Positions 33,127-43,427 of a stretch of 64,000 nucleotides of DNA are shown in pieces. The notes beneath the pieces are model-generated. The model did no database searches. It saw nothing but the letters and a program-made list of their open reading frames with translations, and was not told the origin of the DNA. Both the position numbers and the translations under genes were made by a program. Origin of the DNA: Candidatus Hydrogenedentota bacterium (lineage in GTDB: Bacteria; Hydrogenedentota; Hydrogenedentia; Hydrogenedentales; SLHB01); the NCBI GenBank assembly GCA_963674865.2, contig CAXXYE010000006.1, positions 216,372 through 280,371 on the forward strand, in the 5' to 3' direction. Positions within the stretch are counted from its first letter, which is position 1; each line of letters starts with the position of its first letter.

Positions 33127-34053
33127 ATGGCAGAGCGCCAGATAGCAAGAAGGCCTCAAACGAGCGTTCGGGTGGGGCCGGCGGGATGGTCGTACGACGA
33201 TTGGAAGGGTATTGTGTATCCGCCGAACATGCCCGCGAAGCAGCATCCGCTCGAGTACTTGAGCCGCTACTTCGACACGGTGGAGATCAACACAACCTTT
33301 TACCGTCCATGCCAGCCAAAGCACACGGCGTCCTGGCTCGCGAAAGTCGAGGGTTGCGCGGATTTCAGGTTCACCGCTAAGCTCTGGCGGCGGTTCACCC
33401 ATGAGCGGGAGAGTTGGCCCAATCCAGAAGAAATCGCCGCCTATGAACGCGGCATCGAGCCCCTGGCGCGGGAGAATAAGCTCGGGGCGCTTCTGGTTCA
33501 GTTTCCATGGAGCTTCAAGAGGACGCCGGAGAATCGAAAATGGCTGGCGCGGGTGCTCGATACGTTCGCGGCGTATCCATTGGCGCTCGAGATCCGACAC
33601 GAATCCTGGAATCGGCCCGAGGTATTCGCAGGACTTGCGGAACGGCACGTGGCATTCTGCAACATCGACCAGCCGCAGTTCGCACGCTCTCTGGGCGCTA
33701 CGGCGGAGGTCACGGCGCGTGTCGGCTACGTCCGATTGCATGGCCAAAATGCCAAGGATTGGTTTCGCGAAGACGCGGGACGGGATGAGCGTTACGATTA
33801 TCTGTATGGGGACGAGGAGCTGGAGCCGTGGCTTGCGAGAATCGAGCAGATACGGCTCAAAGCGGACGAGGTCTACGTCATTACAAACAATCATTACCGT
33901 GGGCAGGCTGTCGTGAACGCCTTTGAACTCCAGCGTGGCCTCGGAAAGACGGACTTCGTCCTGCCGCGGCACCTCGTGGAGGAGTATCCCCGATTGAGCC
34001 GGCTATTGAGGGAGCCGAAGGAGTCGCGAGGGTCGACGTCCGGCCCTGCCTAA
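33127..34053 (+). CDS. DUF72 domain protein
   Basis: GWSYDDW, VEINTTFY, LLVQFP, LEIRHESW, YVRLHG, YDYLY, TNNH. Confidence 0.92.
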   Translation: MAERQIARRPQTSVRVGPAGWSYDDWKGIVYPPNMPAKQHPLEYLSRYFDTVEINTTFYRPCQPKHTASWLAKVEGCADFRFTAKLWRRFTHERESWPNPEEIAAYERGIEPLARENKLGALLVQFPWSFKRTPENRKWLARVLDTFAAYPLALEIRHESWNRPEVFAGLAERHVAFCNIDQPQFARSLGATAEVTARVGYVRLHGQNAKDWFREDAGRDERYDYLYGDEELEPWLARIEQIRLKADEVYVITNNHYRGQAVVNAFELQRGLGKTDFVLPRHLVEEYPRLSRLLREPKESRGSTSGPA

Positions 34054-34069
34054 GTATTGTCTGGAGTGG

Positions 34070-34942
34070 ATGAAGGTACATCGCACGATATGGATTGCTA
34101 CCGCCTGCGCGGTGCTTGTGGCCGTGTCGGTCGTTGTGGTGCGGAATCTGAGCATGAGGCCGCCGACGGTTTCGCCTCCGGCAGGCGGCCCCGTGGGCGT
34201 CATCCCCGCAGGCAGCACCGTCCCACTCGTCAAGGCCATGTTCGCGCGCCTTGCACGCGATCCCGAGGTACGCCGACAGGAAACGCGGAAGGCCATCGAG
34301 GCCGCTGCGGCTTTGACGGCGGACGGCTCCCAGCCAAGTGCGGAGGCGTACTACGCACTTGGCCTTCGGCTTCATCGAGGTCAGGGCGCCCCCGAGAAGG
34401 CTGAGGCCGCGTATCGCAAAGCCATTGCGCTACGGCCGGATTGGGCGCCCCCTCACGATGGGCTGGGCTATCTGCTTCACACCCAGGAGCGCAAAGATGA
34501 AGCCGAGAAGGCATTCCTCCGTGCCACGGAACTGGATCCCGCCTGGAGCAAACCGCATAACGACCTGGCCGTCTTGTACCGCTTGACGGGGCGCTGGGAA
34601 AAGGCGGAAGCGGAGGCTCAACGCGCCCTAGAACTTGCCCCCGAGAGCCTTGCCGCCAACAATAACTTCGGGAACCTTCTCGTAGTCCGCGGGCATCCGG
34701 AACAGGCCGAAGAGCGCTACCGAAAAGCCATCGAACTCGCCCCGGATTATCCCAAGCCCTATTACAACTTGGCGTGCGTGTACGCCCTGCTCGGACGGAA
34801 GGACGAGGCACTGGGGATGCTGGAGAAAGCCGTCGCGCTGGACGAAGTGTTCCGCCGGGAAGCACGCGACGACACCGATCTGGGAACGCTCCACGGCGAT
34901 CCGCGCTTCGAGGCTCTTGTCGAGCGCGTCCCGGCCGAATGA
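34070..34942 (+). CDS. Membrane-anchored TPR protein
   Basis: N-terminal TM helix, tandem TPRs, YYNLACVYA C-terminal repeat. Confidence 0.85.
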   Translation: MKVHRTIWIATACAVLVAVSVVVVRNLSMRPPTVSPPAGGPVGVIPAGSTVPLVKAMFARLARDPEVRRQETRKAIEAAAALTADGSQPSAEAYYALGLRLHRGQGAPEKAEAAYRKAIALRPDWAPPHDGLGYLLHTQERKDEAEKAFLRATELDPAWSKPHNDLAVLYRLTGRWEKAEAEAQRALELAPESLAANNNFGNLLVVRGHPEQAEERYRKAIELAPDYPKPYYNLACVYALLGRKDEALGMLEKAVALDEVFRREARDDTDLGTLHGDPRFEALVERVPAE

Positions 34943-34967
34943 AAACGCCCGGCGCGGGGCCGGGCGT
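34942..34967 (-). terminator. Intrinsic terminator hairpin between convergent genes
   Basis: ACGCCCGGC/GCCGGGCGT stem with an A-run on the + strand side (U-tract on minus). Confidence 0.65.
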
Positions 34968-34989
34968 GAGAAAACGATGATGCAGCCTG

Positions 34990-35628
34990 CTACCGGAGAG
35001 TGACTTTCGCGTCGGTGAGCAGGGCCATCGGGGCACCTGTCGCGTCAGGCTTTGTCACGGGGTCGCCATTCTTGTCGTACGCCAGAATCTCAATGGCGTA
35101 TTCCCCGGGAGGCAATGCGTGCTGGCTCACCGCGAGCGAGCCCGACCAGATGCCGTCGCCCGCCTTAACGTCGCCGTGCGTCTTATTGTCGAACAAATCG
35201 AAGGTGTGCCCCTGAATCGTTCCCGCCACGGTGTCCACGACCTTGTCGGGATCGCCGACTCTCACCGTAACCAGGAACATCTCCCCACGCCTGACGACTG
35301 CGGGCTCGATGGAAACGGCTGAGAAGCCAAGCTCCGGTTCCGGCTCCGGCGGAGGGGGCGTTGCGGGAGCGGCAGTCTGCTCGCCCCCCTGCCCGAGGGT
35401 GGACGCTTCGGGAGCCATCACACTGTGCATTTCAAGCCGGACGCCCTCCTCTTCGTCCTGTTCGGCGGGGGCCGTGCCGATGCCGAGGTCGCTGAGGTAT
35501 TGCAGGACGGGCAGTACCTCGTCAATACCTCCCGTTATGGTGATGGTAACGGTAAGTTCCGCCTGGGCGCTACCAGCGCCCAGCGCCACGATGACTGCGA
35601 ACGCGAGTACAACTGTTCTGATTCCCAT
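34990..35628 (-). CDS. Secreted hypothetical protein with Ig-like / choice-of-anchor-X-like motif
   Basis: Signal peptide, Pro-rich linker, LFDNKTHGDVKAGDGIWSG motif. Confidence 0.6.
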   Translation of the reverse strand: MGIRTVVLAFAVIVALGAGSAQAELTVTITITGGIDEVLPVLQYLSDLGIGTAPAEQDEEEGVRLEMHSVMAPEASTLGQGGEQTAAPATPPPPEPEPELGFSAVSIEPAVVRRGEMFLVTVRVGDPDKVVDTVAGTIQGHTFDLFDNKTHGDVKAGDGIWSGSLAVSQHALPPGEYAIEILAYDKNGDPVTKPDATGAPMALLTDAKVTLR

Positions 35629-35674
35629 AGCGACTCCTTTCGGTCATCTTGGGCCCCGCCCTACGCGCCTCGCA

Positions 35675-38600
35675 TCAGGCCTTCTTGTCGCCGGAGCGCC
35701 GGGCAAGTTCTCGTTCCCGAAGCGCATCGAGCCACGTGCCGTCGGACTGCAGGCGCCGCCCAGGGCGCTCATCACATCGCTTGAGCACGATACGGCCGTT
35801 GCTCATGAGTTTTGCTACAGCCCAATACGACCTGCTACCGAGGGCCTCATGGTCGACGGTCGAGGTCACCGTGTATTTTAGCGTGACACTCGCGCCGGCG
35901 TCCAGGCTGATGGGCTGCGTGCGCGGCGAGATATCAAGCAGCGAGTAGGGGCCGGCCACATCCCGAGGCCACGTCTCGATGGGCGTCACAAGCGCCACTT
36001 CGCCATCGACGGCGCCCGTCGTGGGATTCGTGACAGTGACTTCAATCACGTCGCCCGCGTTCTTGACCTCCATATCGAGTTCGAAGCTCTCCCCGATCTC
36101 AAGAACATCCTGGAACACCTGGCCGTCATACGTGTGCCGCAGTTTCACCTGCCCCGAGGCGTCGGCCTCAGGCCGCGTCACAAGAACATCGGTGCTCTGA
36201 TAGGCCAGCGGCCCAAGCTGGTACGAAACCACGTTGGGCTCTGCGGCCCAGCCATCGGGGACAAGGATCTCGGCTTTCCCGGCCACATCCGCGTCCGTGA
36301 AGTCGTTGATGCAGTTCACCCGGAGCTTCAGGCGCTTTCCGCCGTCTTCCTCGTGGACCTCACGGCTGATCGAGCAGACAACAGGTTCGTATCCCAGCGG
36401 CATGGACTCGGCGTCGTGTTCCCAGGAGCGCACCCACACCGGCTGCACCTGTTCGGCCTCGGCCCCCAGGCTCTTCTTGCCCATCTTGCGGCCGAGTTTC
36501 TCCGGCACAAAGCCCACCGTCTCGATGGAGAAGGCCGGCACATCCAGCGCGATGCCTTTGCCGCTTGCGGAGAGATCCGCCTGCCGCTCTTCCAGCAGAT
36601 CCGCGGTCCATGCCTGCTTCACGCCGGCGCCGAACGCCACATCCGCTCGCGTGTCGACGCCTTCCGTATCGTACAAACGGAGGGCAATGCCCTGCGCGGC
36701 GTCGGAGACGGCATTCTTCTCGAAGCTGGCGATAGGATTGCCATAGGGCTTCATGGCCGCGAGAATCACGTTCTTCGGCTTCACGCTGAGCAGCGCCTGC
36801 TCCGGAGGCAAGCATGGCTTGGCCGCAGGCTTCGTCTCCCGCGCCACCAGGGGATGGTTGAAATCGTGTCCCGCCCGCTGCGTGTCGGCCTTACGCCAAT
36901 CGCCCTGGTGCGGATAGAGGGCGTAGCGGAACACATGGTTCTTCTGCTCCGGTACGAGGTAGCCCTCGGGGAAGTTGTTCGTCCCACCGTACCACTGGCA
37001 GGTGTGGGCGAGCATCATGCAGATCACGCCGTCCTTCTCCACGCTGTTGGCGTAAGTGCCTTCGTTAATCACGGCGACGCCGTAATCGTCCACCGTATGC
37101 CGCTCCCCGGTGGCATCGATTTCCGCCGGCAGCTTGATGGCGGCCGTCTTGGGGAACTCGGCGAGCAGCCCGCCGCAGGCCTCGGCTAGGGCATTCTGGT
37201 TGGCCGCCTCGATGATCAGCACGGGGACGGCGGGCCAGGACTTGTCGAGCAGGTCGCCATCCTTAACAAAAAGGAAGGCGTGGCCGTTCTTCTTCAGACG
37301 CGCATCGAATGCCTTTCGCACTTTGGCCGGCTGGGCCTTGAGCAGCTTCCGGGTGTAGGCGTTCTTGCCGCGCGCACCGATGGAGATACGGAACCGCGTG
37401 TACAAGAGATCCTCATCCATATGGTAGACATATGAGCCCCAGTGCGGGCCGTCCTTATCGAACCAGGGCGTGCACGTGACGCCTTTCTTGATCATAGTGC
37501 GCTGCATTTCCTCAGCGATGCGGACGTCCGCCTCATTCTCCGGAGTGATGAGGCCCACCATGCTGAGGGCGTATGCGTTGCGCCCCATGCGAAGCTCGGC
37601 CGTCGAGCCAAGTTCCATCCATTTGTTGGCCGCGTAGACGGCGCAATCGCTGAACATGCATTGCCGGTGCGTCCGGAAATCCAGGTAGCCTTTGCTTTCG
37701 TTGCGGGCAACCACGCCGAAGCGTTCATCGAATACCGGTACGGCCCCTTTGAGATTGGTGGGGAAGGTTACGCAGAACAGGTAATCCTCCGGCTGCCAAT
37801 CCAGCAGAATAGTGCGGAACTCGACCCGCTTCACGCCCTTGAACAGCGTGATCTCCTGGATGGCCCCCGCCACCTCGTCCAGAGCGTACTTCACGCGAAT
37901 CGTGGCACTGACAGCGCCCTTCTCGACGGTTACTTCGGCCGCATACTCCGAGGAGAACATCTTGAGCCCGGTGGTGTAGAACTCGTGCTGCGTCTCCAGC
38001 CGATCGGGGACTTCCTGCAATACGGCCACCTCGTTCCCCACGTGTATTGAGTCCTGATCGAGCACTTCGCGGCCGGCCTTCTTGTCGTAGAGGCTGGAAA
38101 TGCCGCCCCCCCGATTCGGGTCGACTTCGATGCGGTAGAACTCGTTCTCGATGACGGCGCCGGTTCGCGGCGTGACCTCGGGGAGGGATTTTGAGCTTGT
38201 TACGAGCTTGTATGCCCGGTATCCGAGCGAGGGAAGCTTTCGGGCAACAAACACGATGTTCGCCGAGTCGATGCCGCCCTTGCGATTTCGCCGGATATTC
38301 GCGACCTCGAACGGCACGTTCTTCCCGGTGTGATCCTGGAGCGCGAAGGATTTCATGCCTTGCGGATTCACCGTCATCCGGACTACATCCGTGCGCTCCC
38401 AGGCCATCGAGTTGAAAACGACGAGCGGCCGCTCGGCCTTGCCCGGATCAATGGCCTTGCCCAGGTAGTCGAGCGAGCGGCAGAGGACATCCGAGCCGAG
38501 TTCCAGCGTCTCCCGGTAGGAATTCATTAGATCCACATACGAGATCTCGTTGTGGGTGCCGGTGATCGAGTCGTGATGCTGGCCGCAGAGGATCTGGCGC

Positions 38601-40372
38601 CAGGCCTTGTCGAGGGCCTTCTCCGGATAGGGCGCCCCGAGCAGGTTGGCGACGGTGGCCCACTTCTCCGCGGCGATGAGGACGTTCTCGCCCAACCGGT
38701 TGCCGATTTTGAGATTAGTGCGCGACATCGCCGTCGCGGCGTGGTACAAAGCCATGTCCCGCGATGTAACCGGCAGGTGCGCGCCCTTTTCCGCGACTTC
38801 ATCCGAGATGGCGGCCACGAGGTCGCCCAGTGTGCCTTGCCGGTACTTCGGCACCAGCGCCTCGTGCCAATCGGTAGGCGGCGTCTGATCGATGTTGTCG
38901 CTGCGGACGGACAGGCCCATGGCATGGACGTCGTCCTCCGTTGCACCGCCGCGCTTCTGCGGCAGGCCGACGCCGTCCAACGCAAGGTGATCAAAAAACG
39001 GCGGGAAGTTGAAGATGTGCTTGTCCCAGGACACGCCGGTGCACCCGCTCTTGCGGGAAATCTGCGAGAGTTGATTGGGATGTCCAAACACATCTCCCGG
39101 CCCATACACGCGGCAGATATTGCCCAGCACACGCCCGTGGAATAGCTGCCCGTAAAGGAAGTTCCGCACCAGCGCTTCGCCGCCGCAGTTCTGCTCGTTG
39201 GGCTGGTTGTACATCACGTCGGCCTCGGCGCGCCCTTCACGGAACGCGGCCAGGAGCGTCTCGCGATCCTCGGGATACACGTCGAAATACGGCTTGAGAT
39301 AGTCCACTTCGGAGATGATCGAGCGGAAATTCGGATCCTGCCGGTGCAGGGCGCAATACTGCCGCACGATCTCGAAGGCGCCCATGGCGTAGACGCGCTG
39401 CTCCTCGTGGTACGTGGTGTCAAAGTGGAACGCCGACAAGACGAAGTTTGTGCCGTCATACTTGGGCGGTGTCGCTGCTGCGTATTCGATGGCAGTCTCG
39501 ATAGTTTCGCCATAGAGCCGGGCGGAGAGCGCCGCCTTCACGGCCGTGCCGGCCGCTTTGCGCGGCGTCGCCAAGGAAAGGCGCACGGTAGTCACCTGGT
39601 TTGGAGCGCACACAATCTCGGCGGAATCCTCGGCCTTCAGTGATTCGGCCCGGAGGGATACACGCGCTTTCACGACCACATTGCTCGTATTCAGCAGCGC
39701 CGCCTGAATCACCTGGCGCGGCTCGTCCACGGTGCCCGTGAAGTACGGCAGCGGCCGCACCGCACCCAGCGCTATGGGAAGGCCGTGCCCGGTGGCCAAG
39801 GGCGAGACTGTCACTTGGCGTACGGTGAAGTCGACACCGTCGCAGATATAGCCGGGGCGGAACTTCACCAGGAGCAGATTCCGGCCCTTCTTGAGCTGGA
39901 TGGGTATGCTCGCCGGAGTAACTTGGACGCCCTTCGCCCGGCCGTAGGGGGCATTGCAGACGAGTTCGCCGTTCACCCACGCCTTCATCCCGGAGTGCAC
40001 GGCGTTGAGCAGGCCCACACACGCGTGCTCCGCCTCGATGGCGGCGGCGGCGTAGATGACGCAATTGCGCTGAACGGTTTCGTAGATGATTTCGCCGGCA
40101 AGACTCATCCCACGAAGATCCGGCGCGGGATGCTCCTGCCAAGCCAGCGATTTCGGCCCAAGTCCGATATTCGCGTGGCGCTGCCCCAGTACAGGCTCGA
40201 CGGCGGCCTCGCCCCCGTCGCCTTCCAGATAATCGATATCGAGTATGCGCTCGCGCTCGTACATGTATTCGCGCTCGAAGTGGCCGCCCGTCTTGACGAC
40301 AAAGGGCCCGAGGATCAGCCAATTCTGCACTAACGCGCCGGCGGCAAGATCGGCAAGTCTATTGGAAACCAT
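35675..40372 (-). CDS. Large GH38-like alpha-mannosidase
   Basis: HFD metal motif, GGEALVRN, DVFGH nucleophile motif, QHHDSITGT, VFNSMAWERTD, IENEFYRIEVD; AAGGAG before ATG 40372. Confidence 0.82.
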   Translation of the reverse strand: MVSNRLADLAAGALVQNWLILGPFVVKTGGHFEREYMYERERILDIDYLEGDGGEAAVEPVLGQRHANIGLGPKSLAWQEHPAPDLRGMSLAGEIIYETVQRNCVIYAAAAIEAEHACVGLLNAVHSGMKAWVNGELVCNAPYGRAKGVQVTPASIPIQLKKGRNLLLVKFRPGYICDGVDFTVRQVTVSPLATGHGLPIALGAVRPLPYFTGTVDEPRQVIQAALLNTSNVVVKARVSLRAESLKAEDSAEIVCAPNQVTTVRLSLATPRKAAGTAVKAALSARLYGETIETAIEYAAATPPKYDGTNFVLSAFHFDTTYHEEQRVYAMGAFEIVRQYCALHRQDPNFRSIISEVDYLKPYFDVYPEDRETLLAAFREGRAEADVMYNQPNEQNCGGEALVRNFLYGQLFHGRVLGNICRVYGPGDVFGHPNQLSQISRKSGCTGVSWDKHIFNFPPFFDHLALDGVGLPQKRGGATEDDVHAMGLSVRSDNIDQTPPTDWHEALVPKYRQGTLGDLVAAISDEVAEKGAHLPVTSRDMALYHAATAMSRTNLKIGNRLGENVLIAAEKWATVANLLGAPYPEKALDKAWRQILCGQHHDSITGTHNEISYVDLMNSYRETLELGSDVLCRSLDYLGKAIDPGKAERPLVVFNSMAWERTDVVRMTVNPQGMKSFALQDHTGKNVPFEVANIRRNRKGGIDSANIVFVARKLPSLGYRAYKLVTSSKSLPEVTPRTGAVIENEFYRIEVDPNRGGGISSLYDKKAGREVLDQDSIHVGNEVAVLQEVPDRLETQHEFYTTGLKMFSSEYAAEVTVEKGAVSATIRVKYALDEVAGAIQEITLFKGVKRVEFRTILLDWQPEDYLFCVTFPTNLKGAVPVFDERFGVVARNESKGYLDFRTHRQCMFSDCAVYAANKWMELGSTAELRMGRNAYALSMVGLITPENEADVRIAEEMQRTMIKKGVTCTPWFDKDGPHWGSYVYHMDEDLLYTRFRISIGARGKNAYTRKLLKAQPAKVRKAFDARLKKNGHAFLFVKDGDLLDKSWPAVPVLIIEAANQNALAEACGGLLAEFPKTAAIKLPAEIDATGERHTVDDYGVAVINEGTYANSVEKDGVICMMLAHTCQWYGGTNNFPEGYLVPEQKNHVFRYALYPHQGDWRKADTQRAGHDFNHPLVARETKPAAKPCLPPEQALLSVKPKNVILAAMKPYGNPIASFEKNAVSDAAQGIALRLYDTEGVDTRADVAFGAGVKQAWTADLLEERQADLSASGKGIALDVPAFSIETVGFVPEKLGRKMGKKSLGAEAEQVQPVWVRSWEHDAESMPLGYEPVVCSISREVHEEDGGKRLKLRVNCINDFTDADVAGKAEILVPDGWAAEPNVVSYQLGPLAYQSTDVLVTRPEADASGQVKLRHTYDGQVFQDVLEIGESFELDMEVKNAGDVIEVTVTNPTTGAVDGEVALVTPIETWPRDVAGPYSLLDISPRTQPISLDAGASVTLKYTVTSTVDHEALGSRSYWAVAKLMSNGRIVLKRCDERPGRRLQSDGTWLDALRERELARRSGDKKA

Positions 40373-40751
40373 ACGTATTACTCCTTTAACGGACGCTGAC
40401 AATGCAAACTGGCCAGAAAGGGTACCTATCCGCTGCCGCTACCTCAAGGGAAAAATCCGGACAGGAAGCGGCGACAGGGCATTCGTCGGGTTGGCCCTTA
40501 GCGGTCAGGAGGGCATGCTGCGCCGAGGATCTGACGGCCCGGAACAGCCCGGAAGGCACATTCAGCTTTTTGCGCTCTGAGGCCGCTTAGGTTAACGTAT
40601 CTGGACAAGGGTGTGCTTGGGATAGGTGGGCACATAGGCTTCGCCCCGGCCGCACCCGCTAAGCGGGGACGTAATGGTGCGCTGGCGGCCCAGGCAGGAC
40701 GAAGGGCGGGCTCGAAAGCCCTATGTTGCCTCTGCGCGGGAGGAGCAGCAA

Positions 40752-41507
40752 GTGCTGGTGCAAGCGGCGGCTGTCACGATGTCGGGCGTTCACGAATCGA
40801 TTGATCAGGCCCTACCTCGGGCGCTTGATTGGAGCCGGCAAGCTGTTGCGGAAGGCGTCAAGGCCGTGTTCTTCCCCGAACTGATCCTCGGCCACTACTT
40901 CGAAACACCCGTTTCTCTAGCAGGGCCCGAGATTGCGTCAATCAGCCGAGAGGCTCAAGGACTTGGCGTTTCAATCGCTATCGGGGCCGGTGAGCGAGTA
41001 GAAAAGCAGCTCTTCAGCGCGTACGTCCTGTGTTCCCCGGACGGCTCGGTGAGTGTCCATCGCAAGACGCGGTGGCAGACTCCAAAGTGTCCCATCGACC
41101 TCGGGAAGGAGTGTGCAGCCCACGCCTTCTCCGGTGTTCGCGTCGGTGTGATGATATGCTCGGAGAGCCGCTTTCCGGACGTTGCCCAATCGCTTGTGGC
41201 GTCCCGTGCTCAGCTCCTTGTTGCGCCACACGCTTACGGCAAATCCCCGAAGTCCAATAGTGGCAACAACTCCTGGCAACCCCTCGAGGGAGCCGTAGCC
41301 AATGTTCTCGCCCTGCGGGCTCGCGAAACGAAGTTGCCCGTGATCGTTGTTGCCGCCACAGGAGAAGGCTTCGATGGTGGTTGCGCACTTCTTGGCACGG
41401 AAGGGGATGTGTTGTACCAGGCGTATGACGCCCGGGAGCGCATGCATCGGTTCCTCATACGACTTGAGAATGGTGTAGCGAACCTAGTCCGAGTGTCTCA
41501 CAGGTAG
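40752..41507 (+). CDS. Carbon-nitrogen hydrolase (nitrilase superfamily)
   Basis: Triad motifs FFPE, HRK, ICSE; GGAGGAG upstream of GTG 40752. Confidence 0.8.
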   Translation: MLVQAAAVTMSGVHESIDQALPRALDWSRQAVAEGVKAVFFPELILGHYFETPVSLAGPEIASISREAQGLGVSIAIGAGERVEKQLFSAYVLCSPDGSVSVHRKTRWQTPKCPIDLGKECAAHAFSGVRVGVMICSESRFPDVAQSLVASRAQLLVAPHAYGKSPKSNSGNNSWQPLEGAVANVLALRARETKLPVIVVAATGEGFDGGCALLGTEGDVLYQAYDARERMHRFLIRLENGVANLVRVSHR

Positions 41508-41552
41508 TTGTCAGCGGCCCGCTTCACGTCTCGCCCTGGGCCCTCTTGACGC

Positions 41553-41750
41553 CTACCCTGCCCACTTTCCCTGTTTCCGAACCTCCTCGTGACGCAGCCG
41601 TTTCAGGGGGCCGGGATAGAGGCGGGAGCGGAGGGCTTCGGTGTAGCGACGGGGAAGAAGGCGGCTTGCGAGGGCGTCGGTAGGGAGAACCACTGCGGCC
41701 GCCGCCGCCGCAAAGACGCGTTCAACGAAATGCCGGCGGTTCAGCTCCAT
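41553..41750 (-). CDS. Small basic protein with twin-arginine motif (65 aa)
   Basis: NRRHF + hydrophobic stretch + ALA; start overlaps amrS stop by 10 nt. Confidence 0.6.
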   Translation of the reverse strand: MELNRRHFVERVFAAAAAAVVLPTDALASRLLPRRYTEALRSRLYPGPLKRLRHEEVRKQGKWAG

Positions 41751-42715
41751 AGTCCGTAGATCTCCTGGTTACAGTCGGGGCAGCGGCCGCCCGTGACGCG
41801 GTTTTGGAGGATGGCGTACCGGCGCCGCTCGACGAGCAGGGCATTGCAGCCGGGGCAGTAGGTGTTTTCCGCGTCGCGCCGGGTGACGTTGCCTATGTAG
41901 ACGTAGTACAGGCCGGCGGCTTCCGCAATCTCGCGGGCGCGGTCGAGCGTCCCGGCGGGCGTCGGGGGCAGGTTCTTCATCCGGTAATCCGGGTGAAACC
42001 GCGAGAAATGGAGTGGCGTCTCCTTACCGAGATTCTCCGCCACCCACCGGCATAGGCCGCCGATCTGATCGTCGCCGTCGTTCAAGGTCGGGATAACCAG
42101 GTTCGTCACCTCGACGATCACGCCCGAGGACTTCGCCACGACGAGGGCGTCGAGCACAGGTTTCAGCGTCGCCCCGCACACGTCGCGGTAGAACGCGTCC
42201 GACATGGCCTTCAGGTCGATATTCGCCGCATCGGCCACCGCGCACAGCTTCTCCATAGGCGCTTTGTTGACGTAGCCCGCCGTGACGAGCACGTTCTTCA
42301 GGCCCGCTTCGTGCGCTCGGATGCAGCTATCCACGGTGTATTCGTAGAAGATGATGGGCTCAGAGTAGGTATAAGCCACGGAGCGGCAGCCATGTTCAAG
42401 CGCCACGCGAGGCACCTCCTCTGGCGGCAGCTCGTACGCGGCGACATCCTCGGGATTGCGCTGCGAAATGTCCCAGTTCTGGCAATTCTTGCAGTGTAGA
42501 TTGCAGCCGGCGGTGGCGATGGAGAAGATGCCCGTGCCCGGCAGGAAATGGAATAGCGGCTTCTTCTCGACGGGATCGACGTGGGCCGAGCACGGCCGGC
42601 CATAGGTGACGGCCAGCAGCTTGCCGTCTATGTTGACGCGGACTCGGCACTCGCCGCTCTGGCCTGGGGCGATGAGACAGTCTTTGGGGCACAAATCGCA
42701 CTGAACCGTGTTCAT
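41741..42715 (-). CDS. amrS: AmmeMemoRadiSam-system radical SAM enzyme
   Basis: VQCDLCP..C..G.C.VR, DPVEKKPLFHF, GCNLHCKNCQNW, AYTYSEP, HFSRFHP, C-terminal CxxC pairs. Confidence 0.9.
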   Translation of the reverse strand: MNTVQCDLCPKDCLIAPGQSGECRVRVNIDGKLLAVTYGRPCSAHVDPVEKKPLFHFLPGTGIFSIATAGCNLHCKNCQNWDISQRNPEDVAAYELPPEEVPRVALEHGCRSVAYTYSEPIIFYEYTVDSCIRAHEAGLKNVLVTAGYVNKAPMEKLCAVADAANIDLKAMSDAFYRDVCGATLKPVLDALVVAKSSGVIVEVTNLVIPTLNDGDDQIGGLCRWVAENLGKETPLHFSRFHPDYRMKNLPPTPAGTLDRAREIAEAAGLYYVYIGNVTRRDAENTYCPGCNALLVERRRYAILQNRVTGGRCPDCNQEIYGLWS

Positions 42716-42724
42716 CTTATGACC

Positions 42725-42753
42725 ATTGTGCGCCGGGCTCGCCTGGCCGTCAA
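42725..42753 (-). promoter_or_regulatory. Putative sigma70 promoter giving a near-leaderless amrS mRNA
   Basis: Minus strand TTGACG-17 nt-CACAAT, 9 nt upstream of ATG; no Shine-Dalgarno. Confidence 0.5.
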
Positions 42754-42763
42754 GAGAAGTACC

Positions 42764-42796
42764 AAAGCGAAACGCCCGGCCTCAAGGCCGGGCGTT
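42764..42796 (-). terminator. Intrinsic terminator after the lyxose isomerase gene
   Basis: AACGCCCGGCC/GGCCGGGCGTT 11-bp stem, followed by U-rich sequence on minus strand. Confidence 0.7.
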
Positions 42797-42819
42797 CGAG
42801 CAATCTGTACTAGGCTCTT

Positions 42820-43359
<540 letters not shown>

Positions 43360-43427
43360 CTAGCTCTCCTTTTTTGAAAGGGCATAACTTGCGGAAGTCA
43401 CTACCATAACTCACGGCCCTAGGCACA

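Noticed and set aside
40629..40745. c-di-GMP-I or ykkC/guanidine riboswitch
   Set aside because: Only fragmentary resemblance (GGGACGTAA; GGCGGG..AAAGCCC); other conserved blocks absent
40580..41550. Integron cassette carrying the nitrilase
   Set aside because: No attC-type R''/R' boxes and no integrase
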